From positions 1,912,201-1,976,200 of the forward strand of contig NC_092670.1 in assembly GCF_964355755.1 (NCBI RefSeq): DNA of 64,000 nt. The letters run 5' to 3'. Both the position numbers and the translations under genes were made by a program. Positions within the stretch are counted from its first letter, which is position 1. Each line of letters opens with the position of its first letter. The notes beneath the pieces are model-generated. The model made no database searches and was not told the DNA's origin. It saw nothing but the letters and a program-made list of their open reading frames with translations. Shown here one piece after another: positions 1 to 23,400 of this stretch. The DNA is from Antedon mediterranea (Eukaryota > Animalia > Echinodermata).

Positions 1-163
1 ATCTACAAAATATTCAATTTTACACACATGTTTATTTAAGCTTTTAAGTAAACAGCTGGAACATTTGAAATATTGAATAAGTTCAAGCTTTGGTGAGTGA
101 ACAGTACATTGCATGTGAGCACAAACCACCAGAGTATGAGCTTATATTGAAGTGCATGCTTAC

Positions 164-10913
<10,750 letters not shown>

Positions 10914-10919
10914 GATGTG

Positions 10920-11420
10920 GAAGTATAAATAATTATTTAGAATAAAAAAAACAGCTAATTTGACTCCTAAAACATCAACATCGTTGCCGCATTTTCGCCA
11001 ATGTTTTGTCGAAAGTGACAATGCTCTACCTGCTCTGCGCATGTGCCGATCGTTTAAGTCAAGGCAGCGGGTGCTCCAACTTTATGTTTTTGACGTCACT
11101 AAATACTTGGACAAAAAGAGTTATTGTTACGGCGGCGGGTAATGTCAAATGACGTTGTTCCACCAATTAGTGATAACGGAATTACGTCATATAGGAAGAG
11201 GCTAGGCTTGAAATCCAATCGACGACGGGCCGGAAGTACACACTCTAAAAGAGTGTGACGAGAGAGGGAGGCTCGTCATGTGATGGAACGTACCTCGTGC
11301 ATACCGTATGCCTAGCTAAGTTTGTAATGTAAAACACACGTTATGTGAGAGAGGTAGGCCTAATTAATACAGTGGTTGCTGCTGCTATATAAAATACAGC
11401 CTAGAAGGCAAGGTGGTAAG
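10920..11420. promoter_or_regulatory. Putative bidirectional promoter shared by SEC14L1 and the GH99-like gene
   Basis: Divergent start codons only ~780 bp apart; locally CpG-richer. Motifs: NRF1-like TGCGCATGTGC 11036-11046, CRE TGACGTCA 11091-11098, TTACGTCA 11182-11189, ETS CCGGAAGT 11230-11237, CCAAT boxes. Probable non-coding exon donor GTG|GTAAG near 11415. Confidence 0.6.
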
Positions 11421-11696
11421 ATTGAATTTACATTAATTGCATTAATTTCATTTTGGAAAATATTTGCATTGACTGTTTCTGATTGGTTTATTCTGTTGCT
11501 ATGTTTTTGATTGGTTAAAACTTTACAATTTCTTTATCAGTAACCAAGGACGGTAAATCATGCATGCTTGCTGTAACTATCTTAAATTTATTTTAGGATT
11601 AAATTAGGGTCTAGTATAATTTGTCACAGGTTGATTTTGAATTTTTTTTTTTTTTGCAGAGAAAAATAAACTATAACCTTCAGATGATCACAAACA

Positions 11697-14600
11697 ATGG
11701 TTTCCCTAATTCAACCTATTATCATTATTCAATTGTTTTTGTTGATTAGTGTGGCGTCTAAGAATAACAACAGAAGGGTAAGTGCAATAGAATCATTGAG
11801 TTGCTTCATTAAGTCCATTATTTTTCACATTTCTAACTTTATTTTTAAAAACACACACAATTCATGACTGGGTTGGAAGAAACCCATTCAATTTTATTTA
11901 GCCAAAAGATAATAATGGGTAGATGGTGTATTTTTTTGTTGTTGCAGATTTTAGTTGATGTCACAAGTAATAAGTTGACCAGAGAGCATGATGGGAGCTT
12001 TGGCATGTGGTCATATCATGGGTAAAATATTTGTTAACATTTCAACTAACCCGATTTTAACTGGATTCTAACAAGTGAAATTTATATATAGCTATACCTA
12101 CTTGATTTGAAACAGGTTAACTCACAACCTCTTACATTAATTTAGACTAAGGATAAAAACTATAACAATTTTTTTTTTAACAGGATTGCAAAAGAAAGTC
12201 ATGCGAAACCTAAAGAATTTATTTTTAATGGTGACTTGGTAGACAAGGAAGGTAGACATAAACACATAGCTTCTACATTGTATCCCACACTGGGCTTGAC
12301 CTCTGACCAGGATCCAGTATATCAGGTGATACTATTAAATAGAGCATACTAATAAATTACTATTTCTAGATGGCGACTTGGCTTAATATTTGTAAGTGAA
12401 AACAATTTGGCTCACTGTGTGTGTTATACCAGCATACTTATTCTTGAGATAAGCGGCTTTTTGAAGAGAAATTCTTGAGACTGTACATAGAAACTAACAA
12501 ACAATGAGAGACTTGTAGCTATTTACCTCAATTTTAATAAATTTTAATTTCAATAAACACAAATAGTTGTATTTTCAAACACCTGGGAACGCCTGATTGC
12601 ATTTATCCTCTGTACATATTTTATTGTTCTGTGTATTTTACTTCGTGTTTTAACATTTTACTGATTTTATTCTATTTTTATTTTATGTTGCCATGAGAAA
12701 AACCAATTTCAAATCTTTCGTTGACAAACTATTTGACAATAAAGTTATCTTGTATCTTGTATAAATCTGCAATCAATTAACAATTCATAAATTTGTTTTT
12801 TTCTGATAGGAATACTTGATACTTCAATCACAGCTTGTAGGAGTTGATGGCTTTCTTGTGGAATGGGCGAGTTTTAAATTGATTGGTATAGTCATATTAT
12901 TTTAGTTAATAATCTATACTAATAATCATTATTTTATTTAATCAACTATTATTTTCACAGGGGTATAAAGGTCACAGCAGTGATGTTGCCCTTCAAAGCT
13001 ACCGGTCACTCGCGAAAAAGCACAAGTCGTTCGTCCTTGGGGTCAATTGGTATGTTTCTTTTCTTCATTTCAACATAATGTTTATGCTACAGCATATTCA
13101 TACTATTATTATCACAAAAACTTGTGCCCAATAGGTCACAAACAGATTAAGACTATCCTAGAATTGATATGAATTGCTAGAACTTTGTAAAACTAAAATA
13201 TATTTGTTTTTGTTTAGGTGTGATCATTGGTTGTACGATTCATTGAAGAATAGAACAAGATCAGAAGTGAGTTTGACAGGTTACTGGTTGTAGGCAATAG
13301 TTATATAACCATATATTCAATCTTGCTGTTTTGTTTTTACATCCAGCATTTAATTTCAATACCCATTGCTATTAGTATAGGCCCACCCCAAACATAACTT
13401 CATATTCAAGTATGTAATGGTACATAATTAATATCACTGTACTTTGTTTTTGCTTCTTTACTTTTAGATTTTAGATGCATTCCATGACAACTTACAGTAC
13501 TTGATGGATACCTTATTTTTAGGACCAGATGTATCTGTGTTCAACAATAAAAATCCAGTTATATTTCTCTTTGGCAGAGGCATTACATCTGATATTTTGA
13601 GAGGTAAGTGTGTTTGCAGATGTTTCCTTCAATTACATCACTGGGGTTTTTGTAGTATTTTAAAGTCTGATAGGATAGAAAATATTTTTCCCCTTATTTG
13701 TTGTTGAAATCTGATGCAATAGCAACTCTTGATAATAAGGATGATAAGAATACAACTATGATGGTGATGATAGTTTCATAAAAGTTGTTGACACATGCTT
13801 ATTTTTCATGTCTTCATTTATTTAAGATTTGATATCAATGCCATTGGATTTAAAAGAAGGGGTTGATAAACCAATTTGGATTGGCAGTTATCTGAATTTT
13901 GCATCGGGCAACAAATGGGACGAATGGGCAGATCTGTTAAATGGAACATTCGGATGGGTACCTCCAAGAACTACACCAACCCCCTCTGATATGCCAGAGT
14001 GGGATTTTTATGCCTCATTAAAAGATGTGACAACATATCATGTGAGTTTACTTCATTCATTTTACATCACAGCCGTTCACATGGTATGTGACTTATGATT
14101 GATTGAAGTGCTACCAACAGCAAGAGTTAATACTGTAGGCTGAAAACACCTACACTTCCTGCCTCACTATGATTGATTGAAGTGCTACAAACAGCAAGAG
14201 TTAATACTGTAGGCTGAAAACACCTACACTTCCTGCCTCACTATGATTGATTGAAGTGCTACCAACAGCAAGAGTTAATACTGTAGGCTGAAAACACCTA
14301 CATTTCCTGCCTCACTATGATTGATTGAAGTGCTACCAACAGCAAGAGTTAATACTGTATGCTGAAAACACCTACACTTCCTGCCTCACTATGATTGATT
14401 GAAGTGCTACCAACAGCAAGAGTTAATACTGTAGGCTGAAAACACCTACATTTCCTGCCTCACTATGATTGATTGAAGTGCTACCAACAGCAAGAGTTAA
14501 TACTGTATGCTGAAAACACCTCCACTTCCTGCCTCACTATATGAGGTTTGGATCAAAAATTGCCATTATATCAGTGCAAGTAGTACAACATCCTCTATGA

Positions 14601-17600
14601 ATTGTGTTCTCCATCTTGAAGCCGTGAAAAATGTAGAATGAAACAAATACCTTTTAACATTTGTTGTTTTGTTCCAGGAAACTCTAAACAATTTTGGTTC
14701 CGACTGTCTGAAGAAGGACGAATGTCAGCTATGGCTGGGGTCGGCATCCCCACAGTTTGATAATAGAGGATGTGCAGGTTGGGGAGGATCTCTGAAGAAA
14801 ATGGCACAATGGATCAAGAATGACACCTCGGGGTTAGATTAATGATTAATTAAAGCTCTTTCTACACACTAATTTGAAAAAAAAAGTGGAATGTGCCCAA
14901 ATATGGTAGTGATATGCCCAAATATGATACTGATATGACATCCTCATGTCCATATATGGGCACATCACATTTTTTGTCACATCATGTGTTCTCCATCTAT
15001 GAACCTGTGTCATGGTGTGTTAAATGTCACAATGCAGACTTTGTTACTAGTCTTGTTTATTTACTTTAGTCTTGCATTTCTCATCCTTCAGATGACTCTC
15101 CTTGAATCTTAAGTATGTTCAGAAAAGGTGCAAAACATTAGTACACAGGTGTCCATTTTAAAAGAGTAATCATATCCCTGTATTGATGATCATGGCAGAT
15201 GGCAGTACTCACACAACCAATACATGCTCTAATTTAGATTTATTTGTAATATTTTCAGAAATAACCTGGATATTTTTGATGTCCAATGGCGTTACTACAC
15301 CAACCACGTAACAACAACAAACACCATCCTCATTCCAACACTTAATGACTTCTCCGAAGCATCTGTTGTCCTGGCGACAAACGAAACTACTCTCCAATCG
15401 CTGTTCAGCATTTTGTTTTTTGCTCGGGAGTGGAAACAGAATTGTTACTATGGCCATGATGAGCTGTTGTTATTTGGCTTTTTGGATTGGTTTACAATGT
15501 ATAAAGAAGCAGAATTTTTGGGTCGCACTCCAAATCTAAATGGTAGGTGGAGTCAAACAAGGTACTTCAAGCCCATAGAAACTTACAGCACCTAACAAGG
15601 TGCTTAAAGACGCTTACAGCACCTAACAAGGCGCTTAAAGACGCTTACAGCACCTAACAAGGTGCTTAAAGACGCTTACAGCACCTAACAAGGCGCTTAA
15701 AGACGCTTACAGCACCTAACAAGGCGCTTAAAGACGCTTACAGCACCTAACAAGGCGCTTAAAGACGCTTACAGCACCTAACAAGGCGCTTAAAGACGCT
15801 TACAGCACCTAACAAGGCGCTTAAAGACACTTACAGCTACAGTACCTAACAAGGCGCTTAAAGACGCTTACAGCACCTAACAAGACGCTTACAGCACCTA
15901 ACAAGACGCTTAAAGACGCTTACAGCACCTAACAAGGCGCTTAAAGACACTTACAGCACCTAACAAGGCGCTTAAAGACGCTTACAGCACCTAACAAGGC
16001 GCTTAAAGACGCTCACCATTCAGCACCTAACAAGGCGCTTAAAGACGCTCACCATTCAGCACCTAACATGGCGCTTAAAGACGCTCACCATTCAGCACCT
16101 AACATGGCGCTTAAAGACGCTCACCATTCAGCACCTAACAAGGCGCTTAAAGACGCTCACCATTCAGCACCTAACATGGCGCTTAAAGACGCTCACCATT
16201 CAGCACCTAACAAGGCGCTTAAAGACGCTCACCATTCAGCACCTAACAAGGCGCTTAAAGACGCTCACCATTCAGCACCTAACAAGGCGCTTAAAGACGC
16301 TCACCATTCAGCACCTAACAAGACGCTTAAAGACGCTCACCATTCAGCACCTAACATGGCGCTTAAAGACGCTCACCATTCAGCACCTAACATGGCGCTT
16401 AAAGACGCTCACCATTCAGCACCTAACAAGGCGCTTAAAGACGCTCACCATTCAGCACCTAACAAGACGCTTAAAGACGCTCACCATTCAGCACCTAACA
16501 AGGCGCTTAAAGACGCTCACCATTCAGCACCTAACATGGCGCTTAAAGACGCTCACCATTCAGCACCTAACAAGGCGCTTAAAGACGCTCACCATTCAGC
16601 ACCTAACAAGGCGCTTAAAGACGCTCACCATTCAGCACCTAACATGGCGCTTAAAGACGCTCACCATTCAGCACCTAACAAGGCGCTTAAAGACGCTCAC
16701 CATTCAGCACCTAACATGGCGCTTAAAGACGCTCACCATTCAGCACCTAACATGGCGCTTAAAGACGCTCACCATTCAGCACCTAACATGGCGCTTAAAG
16801 ACGCTCACCATTCAGCACCTAACATGGCGCTTAAAGACGCTCACCATTCAGCACCTAACAAGGCGCTTAAAGACGCTCACCATTCAGCACCTAACATGGC
16901 GCTTAAAGACGCTCACCATTCAGCACCTAACAAGACGCTTAAAGACGCTCACCATTCAGCACCTAACATGGCGCTTAAAGACGCTCACCATTCAGCACCT
17001 AACAAGACGCTTAAAGACGCTCACCATTCAGCACCTAACAAGACGCTTAAAGACGCTCACCATTCAGCACCTAACATGGCGCTTAAAGACGCTCACCATT
17101 CAGCACCTAACATGGCGCTTAAAGACGCTCACCATTCAGCACCTAACAAGGCGCTTAAAGATGCTCACCATTCAGCACCTAACAAGACGCTTAAAGACGC
17201 TCACCATTCAGCACCTAACAAGGCACTTAAAGACGCTCACCATTCAGATTATTTACTGTATGTTTCATTTTTCAGCAACCAATGTAATGACATTACTTGA
17301 AGAGACTGGACAATGGATAAGTGAGCAGAACATGACTAATGCTAAACAAAGCCTGAATAAAGCAAGGTAGTATTACAGGATTTATGTATAAGTATCCATG
17401 TTCTGAAGGCACTCACAGATGTACTAGATAGTCTCCCTCAAGTGTCATGTTAAACACAGGCATTTTCTATTTGAAAAACAAAGAGTTTCGTTTCATTTGT
17501 TTCACAATAATAATAAAAAAGCACTTAAAAATCTGATTTGACTAGTTTCGTTAGACCATGCAGAAAGTACAAGTCCACATTTAGACCAAATTTTACTCTT

Positions 17601-18888
17601 CCTTCTGACATAGAGCAAAGGAAATACAATTTACATTATTCATGGTAAATAAATAAATATGCAGTAGAGAAAGGTAAATACACATTTTTCATATAATAAA
17701 GACAAAAGATAAAATAAAGTTATTAAAAGGAAATTATCAAGTCGCATTACATATTTTTCCAGAGAATCTCTGAAGGAGTTGACTTCACTTGTTTCAACCA
17801 ATGTTCTGGATATACAGGTGCCTAGCAAGCAGATTTACGCTGTAGTACCACCTGTTCAAGATCCATATGCAAATTACATCATCAACAGTACAACTGGGTT
17901 ATTCCTACAGATGGATCAGCCAACTGCTGATCTCTTAATCAAGAAGAACTTTAAGGTAAGTGTTTAATTGGAGGAAAAAATTAAAAATCGCATTAAAAGA
18001 TTTTTCTCTACTTTAATTTTTGTGGTGAACTTAGGCCTGGCTTGAACATTTAACACTTAATAAATTGATCAAACTTTTCAGTTCAGTTAGTTATTTCTTA
18101 TTTCAGGGGTTTATGAGTTTCCAATATCAGTTACTCGATTCAAAGTTTGCAAATCTAATAACGATGTCATCCACAAAACGAAAGGCTAAAAACAGCCTAG
18201 ACGTTGGTTGTAGCAGACAGGTGATTACGGGAACTATTGGTGGCAGCAGACTGCATAGCAAATATGTTTCCAATTTTGCAGAAATATGTGATATCATGTG
18301 CAACATTCCAGGTATATAAAATGATAACTAATAAATGTAAAGAAGGATTGTGCTCTACACTGCTGTAAATGTTTTTTAAAAAATAGTGGACTTAAGTTTA
18401 GGTACCAGTGCACCAATTATTTATTTGGACGGTGTTAAGACAGTATTCAAAGTATATGTATGATGTAGTGATTTGGGAAAATAAGAGAAAACAGAGTATA
18501 ATAACCAAAACATTAGGATTGGTGAAATCTTAATTTTACTTCCTTTTTTGACAAAAACTTACTTTACTAGTACTGTAAATACAATGTTCAAATTAAAAGT
18601 TAAATTGGTATTTCTGAGTGACCATGGCATTCTATGCCTATACATGTGTATATAATATGACATTCAATATCACCCACAGTGAAACATAACTAATTATTTT
18701 TTGGACATTTATATCAACTTTTTCTCTTTCTAGGTGTTTGGCAGTCTGCAAATGTCACCCTCTATGAGCAGAATCAATCGTGGGACCATAGTGCTAAAAA
18801 TTCATCAGACATTTACTTCACGGCTAATGCAAATTTTCTTGTCAGAAAAATCTTGCTTCAATTTGAGACATGGGAAAGAAAATCTTAG
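11697..18888 (+). CDS. Secreted GH99/GH71-like glycoside hydrolase, 14 coding exons, 641 aa
   Basis: Exons 11697-11777, 11948-12021, 12184-12325, 12810-12866, 12961-13049, 13218-13266, 13468-13603, 13827-14041, 14678-14832, 15259-15542, 17276-17366, 17763-17955, 18107-18311 and 18734-18888 total 1926 nt without an internal stop. N-terminal hydrophobic signal. Motifs HIASTLYPTLGLTSDQDPVYQEYLILQSQLVGVDGFLVEWG, PVIFLF, ASPQFDNR and IPTLNDFSEAS resemble the GH99/GH71 TIM barrel. Confidence 0.8.
14094..14540. repeat. 74-bp tandem repeat, 6 copies, intronic
   Basis: Unit TATGATTGATTGAAGTGCTACCAACAGCAAGAGTTAATACTGTAGGCTGAAAACACCTACACTTCCTGCCTCAC; period measured 14094 to 14168. Confidence 0.97.
15582..17247. 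repeat. Composite intronic minisatellite: 31-bp units (to ~16010), then related 36-bp units (~34 copies)
   Basis: CTTACAGCACCTAACAAGGCGCTTAAAGACG changes to CTCACCATTCAGCACCTAACA(A/T)G(G/A)CGCTTAAAGACG; the array fills the intron 15543-17275. Confidence 0.97.
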
Positions 18889-19155
18889 ATGAAATTCCAA
18901 TATTTTTATATCAATAGATTTGATTATGTCACCGCAACATAAATGTAATGATGTTGAATCACACTGGTTGTAATTCAACATTTTTAGCATGTTAGAATTG
19001 ATTGATTAGTTCCAATTAGATTTAAATATACAGTACTCCGAAACAATATTGTCTTTGTCAATAAAAAACTTTTTAAACCAGTTTTTAATTTACCCCATGT
19101 TACTTAAGGCCACTTTATATAATACTACTTGCCAATTTGATATTTTTCTTATTAA

Positions 19156-20139
19156 CACTTTGACTGCCAAACACGAAGATCTTCGTTTTTGGAAACACAA
19201 CGTTTGACTGCCAAACACAAAGATCTTCGTTTTTCGCGTTTTTTTACGAAATCCGGTAGATAGGTTAATTATTGGTATATACTATAAATATGGACACTAT
19301 ATTCGGTCTGGACCGTAAATATTTTACTTTTTGAAATTAACTAATGTGGTTACAAACGATTGTCAAAATGGTACCTGTCGAAATAACATACACCGCGCAT
19401 CACAGTAGCGCGTACAGCGATGGTTTGGCGCACTGTGTATCGGGCGCGCGCTAGCTATGCCGCCGAAGCATCACAAAGGTTTATGTGGATTGGCATGTTT
19501 GTTTGTTATCTGAATAAAAAATAATGGATGAATTTTCAATATGAAGTCTTTAATTTTATTATTGTATGTATACCCTAATTGTTTTGGTGTTTCACTGTAA
19601 GTGGCCGAGTTTCACGCAACAAATTTGTTTAGAAATGGTATGATGAATATTATCATCAGTTTACTAGCTAGGCTAGTAGTACTGAGGCTATAGCCTAGCC
19701 TAGGCCTAGTCGTAAAACGGTTCCGGACCAACTTTAGGCCTAGTTAAATAGGCCTGGTGTCTTTACTATGTGGATTTTGGCGAAACATTGATGTAAGATA
19801 TATGATTTATAAAATATAATACATTTTTCGATGGTGATAACTTGTTTTTATAGGCCTACCGGTGCCGTGTAAGTAACTTTTTCGTTGTTTGTTGATCTCA
19901 ACGGGCGATATTTTCATATTGTGATGTCTTGCACAAAATCGCAAATATCTCGACTTTCTTGCGCGAAACTACGAAAAACTCACAAAGTGGGTTACTTTCA
20001 TTTTAATTATTTTAGTCTAAATTACATGTAAATCAGATCACATACATAGTTTCAATCAGCTTTAATAAAAACATCGAATTGGGCTATAAACGCTGGCGGT
20101 GGCAGTTTCTAACTGGAAAAACCTCTGGCAGTCAAAGTG
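19156..20139. mobile_element. piggyBac-like MITE between convergent gene 3' ends
   Basis: TTAA|CACTTTGACTGCCA ... TGGCAGTCAAAGTG|TTAA, with a subterminal direct repeat at 19159-19235. Confidence 0.88.
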
Positions 20140-20478
20140 TTAAATACATTGTGTTTATTCTAATCGGAAATATCAATCTATCTAATAAGGTACAATTACT
20201 ATTATTATTGTGTTTACTCAGATATGTAAAAAAATATTTTTTATAAAAATACTATATTTAGACAAGCAATGTTTAGAATAAAATGTGTATACTAAGTATT
20301 TTGGTATAGTTTTTATATTCTTAATTTTCAGTTTGTATTAACTTAAAGAAAACTAAACTATGGCCAACATTTACAAACTAAAGCATGCAAACCTGTGTTG
20401 TGTTTACACCCGAGTAATAAGGCAGCAAATGTTTTATTCACACTATCAGATAACAACTGTCAGATGAACTGTCCTCAA

Positions 20479-23400
20479 TTATTTGGCCCATTCATTGTTT
20501 CTCAGGTCGATTCGTCGGATTTTACCGCTTACTGTTTTTGGAAGACTTTTAACAAATTCTATCTGAAAGAAAAATAATAATCTTCATCAAATTAATTAAT
20601 ATGGTTAAAGATATGGTAAGAAAATAATGCAGGAAATTTGGTTTGGAGAAACATGATGCGCAAGACGGGAGAGATGGTGTAGCACTACAGCCTGGAATGA
20701 GTGACAGTAACCACTTGGAAGAGGGAGAACTCACTCACTACACAGTCATCACTGCCATTGTGCAGTTCTAAGCAAAGTCTGGTACTATCAACAAGGACCT
20801 GCTGAAGGCCAGAGTACAAATATCTTACCTTGCGTGGGTATTTGTAAGGTGCTGTTATGTTCTGTACATGCTTTTTTAATTCCTCTTTTAAGTTTTCTTC
20901 ATCTTTTACTTCATAGTTGCTAGCAAGAACCACATATGCTTTTACAACCTTTGATAACAATACATTCTTTAGTCAATCACAAGAATTAAAACAAAATATT
21001 CTGTATTTGTAAAGTAAAATAACTGTAGTGAGATAGGACTTGTTCAATATCTGGGTGATATTACCTCTCCTCTGATCTTATCTGGACTGCTAACTGCAGC
21101 TGACTCGGCAACCGCTGGATGTTCAATGAGGGCGCTCTCTACTTCAAATGGACCAATTCTATATCTAACGATAAAAATATTCAACATATTATAAACAAAT
21201 GCTTCATAGTATAATTATAATGCAATTTTTAAGTCACTTTTTAATAAACAGCTATATTTTTTTACTACAGTAAAAGATTAGTTCCAAGTTACCCTGCAGA
21301 TGTTATGACATCATCGCCTCTGGCAAGAAACCAGAAGAATCCCTCTTCATCTTTCATAGCTCTATCACCCGTCAGGTAGAAGTCACCTTTAAAAACTGCC
21401 GCTGTTCTCTCTGGGTCATTCTAGAAGATGTAAAATAAGAATAACATTTAAAAGAAGAGAATTCAGTAACCATTAGCTGTTGTTGCACCTTTGTTTAATC
21501 TTGGTTCCCACTAGCAGTGGAAGGACATAAACCAATATTCGAACAGTGGCTTGTCATTGGTCAACTCGCGTTGCCAGTACATCCTTGCGTTGCGTCGCTA
21601 GTGGGAGTCAAACTTTAAGACCATTAATACTTACAATGTATCCAGTAAACAAACCAACTGGTCGATTTGGTTTGACCCTTATTCCTATGTCACCTTCGTG
21701 ACCTGGTCCAAGTTCATTGCCCTCACCATCAACTATACAAAGGTCGTAACCTGGTGCTGGTTTTCCCATCGATCCAGGTTTTAAAGGCAGGCATCGAAAA
21801 GAGCCACATAGTAGTACCTGGAAACAATTGTCAGGTTTTATTCATTTGAATATATGTTAAGAATCTCTTAAACTCTGTCTACACTATCAAACTTTATGTG
21901 ACAAAAAATATGATGTGCCCATATATGAACATGATATGTCATATCACTACCATATTTAAGCATATAACTACCATATTTGGGCACATCACACTTTTAAAAT
22001 AACGTACTGTTTCACTTTGTCCATAACCTTCTCTTATTACATGTCCAACACGTTTTCGCCACTCTTCAATAACTTCTGGATTCTGAATAAATTTCAAAAT
22101 AAATATCTTTATTCTTAAGAATTCTGTTAATTTAGCCAAACATATTGGAGCTTGATGTGGAATTACACGTAGTGTACATACCAAGGGTTCACCAGCACTA
22201 AGTACATGGCGTAAGGAATCAAGATTATATGGCTGCAAGTCTTCTTGGATCAACATACGAAATATGGTAGGAGCCGCACAGAATGTACTCACTGGATACT
22301 TGTCTAAAATCTGCAAAAAAGAACAATTAGAGAAAAACATAACCACTTTAATGGTTTGGGCATATGAGAGAGTACTGTTAGTAAAATTCAAATTTCAAAA
22401 CACAAACATTCCCCTAAAAAAAGCTTAAATTTTGTTACCACCTTCATAGATGATGAAGTGGCATTTAAATAAACTTTAGACTGGGTGGAAATATAAACTG
22501 TGCGAACACTGCTCACCAAGAAACTGAATACATACCTTCAAAGTCTTGCATGGATCAAATTTTGGGGTGTGATGTACAAATATGCAAGAACCTTGTATCC
22601 AAGGAGCATAAAAACTACTCCAAGCAGACTTTGCCCACCCCGTGTCAGAGGTGTTCCAATGGATGTCAATTGAGGTCAAATCTAACCAGTACCTAAACAA
22701 AGAGAAAAAAGCTTTCAACATCAAAATACTAGTAGGTAATAGGGTATTCAGTTTTCCAGTTATGTTAATTGGGGTCATGTTTTCCAGATGATGTCAATTG
22801 GGGTCAAGTTTTCCAGTTAGTGTCAATCGGGGTTAAGTTTTCCAGTTGATGTCAATTGGAGTCAAGTTTTCCAGTTGATGTCAATTGGGGTCAAGTTTTC
22901 CAGTTTATGTCAATTGGGGTCAAGTTTTCCAGTTGATGTCAATTGGGGTCAAGTTTAACAAAATTCCGATAGTTCAGTACAGTTTTGGCAAGTTTTCTAT
23001 ATTTCACACACCTTCCAGTGATGACATGTGCTAGACCATACGACTGTGTCTGCTCAACCATTTTGGGTAATCCAGTTGTTCCACTAGTAAAGAAAATACA
23101 CGTCGGATCAGAGCTCTTGCAAGAAACACACTGTTAAAACAATAACATTTACTGTATATCATACGCAGTGGTCAAATAAGATAAATAAATAAAATAATAA
23201 AATAAATAATAAACACATATGACACATTTGAAAAAATATTACAAAAACCTTGTGGTCTTCAGATGCCTCCTCATTTAGACCTCTATAATCAAGCCAACCA
23301 ATTCTACAAAAGAAATAAATTCAGGTGTTCTGATAAAACAGTATTTCAAACAATATGTTGTTTGAGCAATATATAATGTAATTCCTGTATTCATCACTGG

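Noticed and set aside
16068-17300. 410-aa ORF of (MALKDAHHSAPN)n as a His-rich repeat protein
   Set aside because: It is a by-product of a 36-bp intronic minisatellite. The upstream 31-bp units break frame, and the host gene splices cleanly across it (15542 to 17276).
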